Of a DNA stretch of 40,001 nt, positions 1 to 7,928 are shown one piece after another. The stretch's first letter is position 1. Each line of letters opens with the position of its first letter. Below the pieces are notes generated by a model. The model saw nothing but the letters and a program-made list of their open reading frames with translations. It did not search any database and was not told the DNA's origin. The stretch is from Candidatus Micrarchaeota archaeon. Lineage in GTDB: Archaea > Micrarchaeota > Micrarchaeia > Micrarchaeales > Micrarchaeaceae. The stretch spans positions 1-40,001 of the forward strand of contig DAHXNT010000001.1 of the NCBI GenBank assembly GCA_027365215.1. The letters run 5' to 3'. The position numbers were made by a program, and so were the translations under genes.

Positions 1-13
1 TTGTGGTTTGCTT

Positions 14-1690
14 TTAACTCTTGCTGTGATTTCGTTGGCTCTCGCGTAGCCGACTGCCTGAAGTCACCACCACTATGTAATCGTACTTCCCCTTCCTCCT
101 TTCAAGCATCTGCACCGTAGATGCCGCGCTCTTGCTCCCTGTTTCGTACTCTATGGCGATCCTTTTTCCGTTGTAATACGCGACTATGTCCGGGTTGTTT
201 GCGTTATCCTCTATCCTGTTTGTTATGCCGGCCTTTGACAGCAGTTCCGCTATCTTCCTTATCATCAGTTCGTGCTCTATGGTAAATGCGCCGCTCTTCC
301 TCATCACCCATTCCTCGGTGCCGCCTTTCGTTTCCACAGAGGTGGCAGCAAGCTCGCCGCTCTTTATCAGGGACGTCACGGTATCGCTGCCCACTTCCGA
401 TGCCAGTGCGTCTGCCTTTATGGGCTTGACGGACATGGCGGCCGCCCTTTCCGCGGATGCTGTGCTGGATGATTGTATTCCGTTGGTCGCCTGCTCGCGG
501 CTTACCCTGACAAGTAGGGTACCGCTTTTGCTGTTTGTCAAAAGTATCTCACCCTTTCTTAGTTTGGGTAGCGCAGACCTTATGACGTGCTCGGCGCTCG
601 TGCCATAGGACATGAGCTTCGACATGTACGAGACTTCTGCAGGTTCCCTTAGGGCGAATGACATTATGGTGGAGGCGTTGGCCATTATGCGCTTGTCTAT
701 GCTGGATATAGAAGGCGTAGCCATTATCACAGCTATGCCGTACTTCCTGCCCTCCTCCACCAGTTTCCTTATCATGGACGCGCTGTCTCCTGAGCTGCCT
801 ATGAGGTACTGCGCCTCGTCTATGACCACGTATGTACGCACGCCGCCGTTTATCCTGTTTGCCCTCATCAGGTAATAGATCCTCTCGAGTATCGTTGTCA
901 CGTAGACGAAGAGCTCTTCCCTGCTTTTTATGTCGGCGAGTGAGATAAGGTTGAGGCCGCTCATGAGCTCCTTCACGCTTATGGTGTCCTTTATGAAGCT
1001 AGGCTTCGCGAGACCACTTATCTTGGCCTTCAGATGTAGCAGCGCATTCCTCTCCGTCGCGCCCTTCGCGTTGGATACGAATATGCCTATCTCGTTCATC
1101 AGCTCGTTTATCGTGGGCATGCTGCCGAGCTCCGTGGAGTACGGCGACATGGCGCCGTGCCTCCTGTAAATGTACCAGAGGCACTGGCTCAGCTTCGTGG
1201 ACTGTATGTGCCCGAGGCCGTACAGCGACTTGAGCATAGACACCGTGCCGGATATGCGCTGGTTCACCGCGAGGCCGTCAAGAGCAAGTGGGTTCACGCT
1301 GTTGTAATGTGCATCGACCATGCGGGCCTTGCCATACGACGCGCCCCCGTGCTCATTATGCACGTCAAAAACGAGCACATTCTTTCCGCTGGCGGATAGC
1401 TGGCGCACTATTGATTCCAGAAGCGTGCTCTTGCCATGGCCGCTCATCCCAGTTATCAGCACGTGCGGATTGGGCTCGGACTCGAGGTCCGCGCATACGC
1501 GCTTCCTGTATTTGACCCATCTCCATTCCTGCCCCGAACCCACTTGCATGTACTTGCCATTATGTATGTAGCTTACGGTGTGCGCCATTTTGAGCCTTGA
1601 AAACGACTCGCCAATATTCAAAGAAAGCACATCACCTTTCCTTGGCATGCCGAGCATGCCTGCTATCCTTCCTATTATGGTTTTTATCAT
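14..1690 (-). CDS. HerA/VirB4-like (DUF87) P-loop ATPase with C-terminal PD-(D/E)xK nuclease-like domain
   Basis: Walker A GMSGHGKS after PHVLITG, VFDVHNEH, Walker B VVIDEAQ, EEGRKYGI motif; C-terminal NPDIV...IAIEYETG; GGTGA SD before ATG at 1690. Confidence 0.8.
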   Translation of the reverse strand: MIKTIIGRIAGMLGMPRKGDVLSLNIGESFSRLKMAHTVSYIHNGKYMQVGSGQEWRWVKYRKRVCADLESEPNPHVLITGMSGHGKSTLLESIVRQLSASGKNVLVFDVHNEHGGASYGKARMVDAHYNSVNPLALDGLAVNQRISGTVSMLKSLYGLGHIQSTKLSQCLWYIYRRHGAMSPYSTELGSMPTINELMNEIGIFVSNAKGATERNALLHLKAKISGLAKPSFIKDTISVKELMSGLNLISLADIKSREELFVYVTTILERIYYLMRANRINGGVRTYVVIDEAQYLIGSSGDSASMIRKLVEEGRKYGIAVIMATPSISSIDKRIMANASTIMSFALREPAEVSYMSKLMSYGTSAEHVIRSALPKLRKGEILLTNSKSGTLLVRVSREQATNGIQSSSTASAERAAAMSVKPIKADALASEVGSDTVTSLIKSGELAATSVETKGGTEEWVMRKSGAFTIEHELMIRKIAELLSKAGITNRIEDNANNPDIVAYYNGKRIAIEYETGSKSAASTVQMLERRKGKYDYIVVVTSGSRLRESQRNHSKS

Positions 1691-1762
1691 TAGAGTCACC
1701 AGCGCAGATGCAGATGTAGATGCAAGCGCCGCGGGCCGGATTGGCCATGTGGCGCAAAGGAG

Positions 1763-2323
1763 TCACTTGAAGGCAAGAACCGCTATGTCCTCGAAGCTGT
1801 AGTGCACCTTAGTGACTTCGGCCTTGAGAAGGTCGGCGTCAGTCTCATAGCCGTTCAGCGAGCTTTCGACAAGGAGCACTATATGGTCTTCTTCCACATG
1901 GCTTGCATACGAGGAAAGAAACCTGTCTATCAGTTCCCTTCCGCCAATCCCGCCGTCAAGGGCATACTCGCGCTCCACCATGCCAAGCTCCGGCTCGTCC
2001 GGCAGGTAAGGAGGATTGAACGCTATCGTATTGAATTTCCCGGTTACCCCGTCGAAAAGGTCAGAAATGCAGAACTCGCCAGTGACGGAATTATCGGCCG
2101 CGTTTGCCTTTGCACATTCTATTGCCTTATCGTCTATGTCGGCGAACGTCACCGCGCATCCCTTCTTTGCCGCCACTATCCCCTGAATGCCCGTGCCGGT
2201 GCCGAGATCGAGGAACTTCCCGAATGCATGCTTTTCTACGGCCTTCGCGAGCAGCATCGAATCCTCAAGAGGTTCATATACTCCGCCTAAGCACGACTTC
2301 AGCCTTATATCATCAACCAGCAT
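1763..2323 (-). CDS. HemK/PrmC-family SAM-dependent methyltransferase (archaeal release factor glutamine MTase-like)
   Basis: VYEPLEDS, LDLGTGTG, FNPPY and ALDGG motifs; start moved to ATG 2323 because upstream codons are AT-rich intergenic sequence. Confidence 0.88.
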   Translation of the reverse strand: MLVDDIRLKSCLGGVYEPLEDSMLLAKAVEKHAFGKFLDLGTGTGIQGIVAAKKGCAVTFADIDDKAIECAKANAADNSVTGEFCISDLFDGVTGKFNTIAFNPPYLPDEPELGMVEREYALDGGIGGRELIDRFLSSYASHVEEDHIVLLVESSLNGYETDADLLKAEVTKVHYSFEDIAVLAFK

Positions 2324-2385
2324 ACTGCTAATTCCGTTGATGAATTTATAATATGATAATAAAATAAAAAAGAAAAAGAAAACCG

Positions 2386-2694
2386 TCACTCGCTGGCGCC
2401 CTCGGAGATCGAGAACCTCAGGCTGTCCGAATCGAGGCTTACGGCTATGCTGTACTTCAGGTTCCTGAGCTCCAGATCCCTGAACCTTTCGCAGAGCTTC
2501 CTGTCCCTTATCAGCTCGTTCACAAAGGCCTTCAGATCTGTCACGAACCTCACGTCGGATATGCTCTTGCCCTTATCCTTCGTGCCGTTGCCTGTCCCGT
2601 ACAGTTCCTCTATGGTTCTCACCTGGTCCTCCAGGGCATCGTAGAGCTTGCGCTCCGCATTGTGCTCTTGTTTCATAGAACCCTCTCGAGACAT
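2386..2694 (-). CDS. hypothetical protein (102 aa)
   Basis: ORF with genome-typical codon usage filling the gap; no recognisable motif. Confidence 0.6.
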   Translation of the reverse strand: MSREGSMKQEHNAERKLYDALEDQVRTIEELYGTGNGTKDKGKSISDVRFVTDLKAFVNELIRDRKLCERFRDLELRNLKYSIAVSLDSDSLRFSISEGASE

Positions 2695-2874
2695 GCTTAC
2701 CTGACGCTGAGACCCTCAGAAAACTAGAACCTGCCCTATTTCTCGGCGCAAGGCGTGCGCATGTCCTTGCTTCGGCTTCTCACTGAAGCATTATATACTT
2801 TACTACAGTATAATGCAGTTGTATATATGTGCTTATACTTTTGTCTAATGCCATGCCAAGGATTAAATAGCGTT

Positions 2875-2973
2875 GCGCGAATGATTCTCTTGCCCGTCAC
2901 ACTGGGCAACTCTTGGAAAATAGAACCTCCAGAGACAGGGGCCTGCTTCAGCAGGCCCTTCATGCTAGCGCGC
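2875..2973. ncRNA. candidate structured RNA (closing helix plus three hairpins)
   Basis: Stems 2890-2895/2904-2909, 2910-2917/2928-2934, 2939-2946/2951-2958; closing pairs 2875-2879/2969-2973 and 2881-2884/2960-2963. Confidence 0.35.
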
Positions 2974-2985
2974 GGATTGCGGCGC

Positions 2986-3768
2986 TCACAGCATGCTTTC
3001 CTTTCTGAATGTCTTAACCCCTATGTAGAACAGCACTATGCTTACCAGTGACAGGAGAAGTATGGTATACGCGAAAAACCCAACAGTAAGGTCTGCAAGG
3101 CCCAGTATCGAAGCGAATGGCATTATCAGTATCGGAAGTATCAGTAGGGTGCTGACCTGCTGTGCCTCTTTTATGCCCCTTACGTGCGCAGATACCAGCA
3201 CTATGATGCCTATGGTAACAATCGCCAGGAACGGGGCTGTGAGTATCATCATCAGCCAGGGCAGTGTGGGAAGGATGTGGAGGTGGAAGGTGATTATGGA
3301 GAGATATTCAGTTATGCTTCCATATATGGCGAAAACCACCAGGGTCAGGATTACTGTTGGGATGAATGAGGCAAGTATCTTCCCGAGGAGCAGCTCGGAT
3401 GCGCTCACAGGTGTAGCGAGGAGGGATTCCGCGGTCTTTCTTTCCTTTTCCCCCGCGAAGCTGTCCGCAGCTATCACTGCGGCGGTGAGAATCGGCATCG
3501 TCAGGAATATAGGGCCTAATATGTTAACGGAGAAGTATGCCATGAACGTGGCGGCACCTGCGCCGTGAAGCGCGGCGGGGACCGTGGCCAGGGTGGATAT
3601 CCTTGATGCTATCGCCGGAGCCGCATAGATTGTGACGTAAAAGGTTAGTACGGGCAATACGATGGCGAAGAACAGCGGTACGGCTAGCATCGGCCCGTAT
3701 ATCGAGATGCTGCTGAACACCTCCTTTATGTCCTTTATGGCTATTGCGTAGGATTTTCCCGTGTCCAT
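2986..3768 (-). CDS. ABC-2 type transporter permease
   Basis: About six hydrophobic segments; ADSFAGEKERKTAESLLATP and LLGKIL motifs; follows the ABC ATPase. Confidence 0.9.
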   Translation of the reverse strand: MDTGKSYAIAIKDIKEVFSSISIYGPMLAVPLFFAIVLPVLTFYVTIYAAPAIASRISTLATVPAALHGAGAATFMAYFSVNILGPIFLTMPILTAAVIAADSFAGEKERKTAESLLATPVSASELLLGKILASFIPTVILTLVVFAIYGSITEYLSIITFHLHILPTLPWLMMILTAPFLAIVTIGIIVLVSAHVRGIKEAQQVSTLLILPILIMPFASILGLADLTVGFFAYTILLLSLVSIVLFYIGVKTFRKESML

Positions 3769-3774
3769 AGTATC

Positions 3775-4674
3775 TCAGCCAAACGATATTTTTTCTATCA
3801 GCGGTTCGGTATAGTCGACACCAGCTATGAGCGCGCCCCTGGCCATGAGCTCTTTCAGTGCCTTGTTTACGCCAGAGGGGGAGTCTATCCTAACCCGGAT
3901 GTATGTGGCCCTGTTACTGTTGACGTACTCCAGGCCTTCCATGTTGTTAATGGCACTCGCGCTTATGGGCCTCGCCAGCCTTATGCCTATGATCGATCCC
4001 TTGAGTATCTTTCTGTACAGCTCGGCGCTGTTCACATTTGCGGCTATTCTCCCGTTTCGCATTATGAATATATTTGCGTTAAACCTTGTTACCTCGTCGA
4101 CCTTCTGCGTCACAAATATTACAACGGCGCCCTCCCTCTCTTTTTCCATTAGGTGCCTGCGTATGCTTTCCGATGCCTCTACATCGAGAAATGCGGTTGG
4201 CTCGTCAAGCAGGATCATCTTCGGTTCATTGAGAACTGCCCTGCAGAAGGCGACCTTCTGTTTGGTGCCCCTGCTGAGCACCGCTACCTTCTTATCGGAA
4301 TATTCTAAGGCCCCAACTTCCTTGAGCAGGGACTTTGACTTGATCCTTATATCGCTGTCGGGCATGCCGTACAGCCTGCCGAAGAACCTGAGGTTATCGA
4401 TTACCGTGAGATGGTCGTACAGCGCATAGTTATCCGTGAGGAGCGAAAGCCCTTCGTGCACGCCTTCGTTGGTGTATGGATCTAGTCCATTGACCCTTAT
4501 GGATCCATGGTCGACCCTGTGCAGGCCGTCTATGCACCTTAGGAGCGTGGATTTACCAGCGCCATTGGGCCCGAGTATTATGTTCATGCCGCTGTCAATT
4601 GAGAGGGTTATGCCTCTGAGGGCCTCAGTCTTGCCGAACAGCTTCCAAACCCCCCTGGCTTCTATGGCATGCAT
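3775..4674 (-). CDS. ABC transporter ATP-binding protein (DrrA/CcmA-like)
   Basis: GPNGAGKST, LSRGTKQK signature, LLDEPT. Confidence 0.93.
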   Translation of the reverse strand: MHAIEARGVWKLFGKTEALRGITLSIDSGMNIILGPNGAGKSTLLRCIDGLHRVDHGSIRVNGLDPYTNEGVHEGLSLLTDNYALYDHLTVIDNLRFFGRLYGMPDSDIRIKSKSLLKEVGALEYSDKKVAVLSRGTKQKVAFCRAVLNEPKMILLDEPTAFLDVEASESIRRHLMEKEREGAVVIFVTQKVDEVTRFNANIFIMRNGRIAANVNSAELYRKILKGSIIGIRLARPISASAINNMEGLEYVNSNRATYIRVRIDSPSGVNKALKELMARGALIAGVDYTEPLIEKISFG

Positions 4675-4766
4675 GCATGATTATTTGGCATGTAAGAGAT
4701 ATATATTTAACAGAGCGAAGGCTGCGATCCTATAGGAATACCAGGTTAGTACAAGTTTAGTACAAG

Positions 4767-4883
4767 TGCCAAACAGCAATATGCTTTCCCACCGGTTAGG
4801 CAGTACACACATATCGTGAGCAGGCTTAGCTTCCGAGTTCGGAATGGGATCGGGCGTTTCCCTGCTCCTATTGCCGTTTGACA
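4767..4883 (-). rRNA. rrf: 5S rRNA (stand-alone)
   Basis: Minus strand contains CCCGATCCCATTCCGAACTCGGAAGCTAAGCC (helix III/loop C); ends TGTCAAACGGCAATA / TATTGCTGTTTGGCA pair; about 117 nt. Confidence 0.95.
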
Positions 4884-4903
4884 GCAGATATTAGGCGCGG
4901 CAG

Positions 4904-4912
4904 TTATATAAA
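4904..4912 (-). promoter_or_regulatory. TATA box of the 5S rRNA gene
   Basis: TTTATATAA on the minus strand, 21-29 nt upstream of the 5S 5' end. Confidence 0.6.
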
Positions 4913-4980
4913 GCTAACTAGCGAGCCTGTTTAGCGGCTTTTCAGCTGGTATTTGTAGGCCTTGCGAGTGCATTGCGGCA

Positions 4981-5127
4981 CTATTCGTCGGCCCTTCTTC
5001 CCATCTTGCACGACAGGCACATGCCGAGCTTGCTGTCGTAGTGCTTGTCACACACCGGCTTGCCGCACATCTGGCACGTGTTCGTCGCTGGCCTGCCGCA
5101 TATGTGGCATAATCCCACGGTCTTCAT
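4981..5127 (-). CDS. small Cys-rich zinc-finger protein, 48 aa (not in the ORF track)
   Basis: MKTVGLCHICGRPATNTCQMCGKPVCDKHYDSKLGMCLSCKMGRRADE; CxxC, CxxC, CxxH, CxxC; ATGA overlap with the priL stop; AGGTGA SD. Confidence 0.85.
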   Translation of the reverse strand: MKTVGLCHICGRPATNTCQMCGKPVCDKHYDSKLGMCLSCKMGRRADE

Positions 5128-6161
5128 CGCGTCACCTGATTGTCATCTTTTCTTTCAGCGTCGCCGCCTTGCTGAGCATGCTCGAGCTTCTTGGGCTTTA
5201 TCAGATCTATGTTGACCACTCCTCCGAGCAGCTCCTTCGCGTTCTCGAACGACATAGGCTTGAGGCCGCGCCTCTTGGCATAGCTGCACTGGTATTTCAC
5301 GTATGACGGCGTTACGTTCGTTGCCGGATCCACCTTCTTGCACCTCTCTATGTAGTCGTTTATTATCTTTGCGGCGTCGTCCACGCTGAGACCCTTCGTG
5401 TTGACAAGGTAAGGCGCGAGTATTATGTTCACGGTCCTGTGCCTCACGTCGGATATCGGGTTTTGCAGCAGCCTGTCTATCCAGGTCTCACCCTTGAATG
5501 CCGCGCGGTACTTGTACCTCTTGCTTATGCTTACCCCCTTCGCATACCCTATGACCTCCTTAGGTATCTTCTGGTAATCTATCGGCAGGCCGCCCTTTAT
5601 CCTTGCGGCAGCGACAAGTTTAATCAATGGTATGAAGCGGTCCTTGGTCATGTATATGCGGCCGTTGCTCACCTGATAGTTAGAGAGGGGTACGCCATCA
5701 CCGTCCCCGACAGCCAGAAGGAAGTCGGTAAGCCTCATGCTGAACGCCTGGCTGAATTTCACCTGGGTGAGCGTAGCTGCGATGCCCATGGACTCGGCTA
5801 TGTGGAGCATTGCAGGGGCCGGCATGCCCTGTATCGCGTCTGCGGATCTGGAGGATTCCGCCACCGCGAAGTATTCTATCAATTCCATATCTTTGAGCGC
5901 GCTCAGGAGCATACGGCAATACGCGTATGTCTTTATGTAATTCAGTTTTATGGACTCCATTGCCGTGGCCGTGAAGGGCATCATCCTGCGCATGCGGCCA
6001 TTCTGGAACAGCTTCGATATCTCGGTAAGGTGATTCTTTGCCATATCTAGGTAGGCCAGCTCAACCTTGTCTAGCCTGAGGGCCGAGATTATGTTTCTCG
6101 CCGCGTTCGAGTAGGGGGCCAGATACGCCTCGTCGAGCTCGTCGGCTTCGAATCCTTCCAT
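5124..6161 (-). CDS. priL: DNA primase large subunit: PriL N-terminal domain fused to a PriX-like C-terminal domain
   Basis: PriL-type YAYCRMLLSAL...FAVAE and NYQVSNGRIYM...GGLP; C-terminal WIDRLLQNPISDVRHRTVNIILAPYLVN...YAKRRGLKP resembles PriX. Confidence 0.8.
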   Translation of the reverse strand: MEGFEADELDEAYLAPYSNAARNIISALRLDKVELAYLDMAKNHLTEISKLFQNGRMRRMMPFTATAMESIKLNYIKTYAYCRMLLSALKDMELIEYFAVAESSRSADAIQGMPAPAMLHIAESMGIAATLTQVKFSQAFSMRLTDFLLAVGDGDGVPLSNYQVSNGRIYMTKDRFIPLIKLVAAARIKGGLPIDYQKIPKEVIGYAKGVSISKRYKYRAAFKGETWIDRLLQNPISDVRHRTVNIILAPYLVNTKGLSVDDAAKIINDYIERCKKVDPATNVTPSYVKYQCSYAKRRGLKPMSFENAKELLGGVVNIDLIKPKKLEHAQQGGDAERKDDNQVTR

Positions 6162-6261
6162 AATATTACTTTGTACGCTCGTTTATAAATTACTGAAACC
6201 GCGCGTGTTGAAAACAGCTGGTTTCAGGCAGTCCTAGCGAATAGCGGAAGTGCGAAATATA

Positions 6262-6267
6262 TTTAAA
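6262..6267 (+). promoter_or_regulatory. TATA box (TTTAAA) upstream of the candidate sRNA and small membrane gene
   Basis: GAAATATATTTAAAT about 25 nt upstream of the hairpin starting at 6292. Confidence 0.45.
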
Positions 6268-6290
6268 TCTTTCTTGAGACTTGTATCTAT

Positions 6291-6354
6291 GTTAGGATAC
6301 ATAGTCTCTTACCCCACCCATGCGAGAATGACTTGTCCTAGCAGCGTATCCTGA
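6291..6354 (+). ncRNA. candidate ~65-nt small RNA
   Basis: 9-bp terminal stem 6292-6300/6346-6354, inner stem 6303-6310/6324-6333, TATA upstream, pyrimidine/T tract downstream. Confidence 0.4.
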
Positions 6355-6409
6355 GTCTTTCCTTCTTTCCTTTCTTTGATTTGTTCTGTATGTTTTGCAC
6401 AGTGAGTGT

Positions 6410-6625
6410 ATGAAGCAAGGCACTGGAATACTTGTTGCTGGGCTAGGATGGACATGCGCGGGCGTGGTGATCCTTCTGATGCTCTACATTGAAGAGCTAA
6501 TGGGCGTTAATGCCGGCAGCCCGTATGGCGCGATTGCGATGGGCGCTGTTGTCGTTGCAATTGGTGCAATAATCCTTGTATCAAGGAAAAAGATAAGCAA
6601 TATAATAGATTCCAAGCATAAATAG
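6410..6625 (+). CDS. small two-TM membrane protein
   Basis: Two hydrophobic helices and a basic C-terminal tail; ATG at 6410. Confidence 0.65.
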   Translation: MKQGTGILVAGLGWTCAGVVILLMLYIEELMGVNAGSPYGAIAMGAVVVAIGAIILVSRKKISNIIDSKHK

Positions 6626-6645
6626 AGTTGCAAACGGCGAAAAAA

Positions 6646-6718
6646 GGGGTCGTACGCTAACCTGGTAGACTACCGCGTTCGGGTCGCGGCAATCTGGGTT
6701 CAAATCCCAGCGACCCCA
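6646..6718 (+). tRNA. tRNA-Pro(CGG)
   Basis: Acceptor GGGGTCG/CGACCCC, anticodon arm CCGCG-TTCGGGT-CGCGG, T arm CTGGG-TTCAAAT-CCCAG; weak D stem. Confidence 0.93.
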
Positions 6719-6752
6719 AACTGAGTTCTTGGTGCGATGGTTCGGTGATGTG

Positions 6753-7046
6753 ATGGTAGAGCTCGGGATAATACACGACGAGGGGCGCTTCCACGCCAAG
6801 ACAGTGCATGGGGAAGCGGAGCTTCTCTATAGGATAGAAGGCGTAAAGATGACTGTATACAGGACGTTCGTGCCAGAGGAGGACAGGCACGAGGGGATTG
6901 CCAAGGCGCTGATGGACGAGGCTGTGAAGTATGCGGATTCCAACTCGCTCGTGATAATACCCGCATGCGAGTATGCCAATTCGTACATGGGCGCGAAGGC
7001 GAAGGGAGATGCCGGCAAGGACGGTGTGCCACACTCGCCACAGTAG
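6753..7046 (+). CDS. small GNAT acetyltransferase (YjdJ-like)
   Basis: TFVPEEDRHEGIAKAL and IIPACEYA motifs; GGTGA SD before ATG 6753. Confidence 0.85.
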   Translation: MVELGIIHDEGRFHAKTVHGEAELLYRIEGVKMTVYRTFVPEEDRHEGIAKALMDEAVKYADSNSLVIIPACEYANSYMGAKAKGDAGKDGVPHSPQ

Positions 7047-7129
7047 ATATTTTATACTTTGTCAGGTATGTATATGCGAGTTGCACAGGGCAACCTTATG
7101 CTAAGTAATCATGCTTATGGAGTGATCTC

Positions 7130-7873
7130 ATGTTCGAGATAAAAATAGAAGATGCAAAGTACTGGAAGAGTTGCATAGACTCGATTGTCAGCCTCATAGA
7201 CGAAGGCTCGTTCAGCATCTCAAAGGAGGGCATATCTCTCAAGGCAATGGATCCTTCGGGAATAAGTATGATATCATTCTTCATACCTAGCAAGGCCTTC
7301 TCGATTTACAAGGTGGAGTCGCAGACATCTATTGGGCTGAACCTTGACAGCTTCAGCAAGATACTCGCGAGCGCAAGGGGCGGTGAGCAGCTGCAGATGA
7401 AGGATTCGGGCAAGAGGTTCACCATAGAGTTCATAGGCAAGAACAGCCGCAGGAGGTACACGCTTCCGCTCATAGAGGCGAAGAAGGAGCCGGACAAGGA
7501 GCCCAAGATAGAGTTCGAGTCGTTCATAGAGGTAAGGAGCGATTCGCTGAAGGAGATACTGAAGGACGCAAACCTTCTGTCGCCATACATAAGCTTCAAG
7601 ACCGACAAGAACTCGTTCGCCATAAGCGCGAAGGGAGATGCAGGAGACCTGGAGGAGGAACACCAGAGCGACAGCGACTACATCAAGAAGCTCAAGGTCG
7701 ACAAGCCGTCTTCTTCGACTTTCAACCTGGAGTACCTTAGCAGGATGGTGTCTGCCACAACCGCCAACTCCACGGTCAAGCTCGCGCTCAAGAACGAGGA
7801 GCCTACGAAGATAGAGTACAATATAGGCGATGCGGAGATCGCGTACTACCTTGCGCCTTACATGGAAAGCTGA
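7130..7873 (+). CDS. pcn: DNA polymerase sliding clamp PCNA
   Basis: 247 aa; LKAMDPS, IGLNLD, FNLEYL and YYLAP motifs. Confidence 0.96.
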   Translation: MFEIKIEDAKYWKSCIDSIVSLIDEGSFSISKEGISLKAMDPSGISMISFFIPSKAFSIYKVESQTSIGLNLDSFSKILASARGGEQLQMKDSGKRFTIEFIGKNSRRRYTLPLIEAKKEPDKEPKIEFESFIEVRSDSLKEILKDANLLSPYISFKTDKNSFAISAKGDAGDLEEEHQSDSDYIKKLKVDKPSSSTFNLEYLSRMVSATTANSTVKLALKNEEPTKIEYNIGDAEIAYYLAPYMES

Positions 7874-7928
7874 ATGGTGCAATGGCAGCGCGGCACGCCG
7901 ACTTCGCCTTTGACAAACGATGGTAGGA

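Noticed and set aside
1704..1727. Short GCAGAT-like hexamer run upstream of the HerA-like gene
   Set aside because: Only 3-4 imperfect units; no spacers or other evidence of function.
2893..2902. CCCGTCACAC matches the 16S rRNA 1400 region
   Set aside because: About 10 nt only, with no flanking rRNA similarity; likely chance.
4100..4125. ABC ATPase H-loop reads VTQ instead of xTH
   Set aside because: Gln at this switch position occurs in DrrA-type ABC ATPases; not evidence of inactivation.
4746..4767. 11-bp tandem duplication TTAGTACAAGT x2 at the 5S 3' end
   Set aside because: Two copies only; not CRISPR-like and no associated mobile gene.
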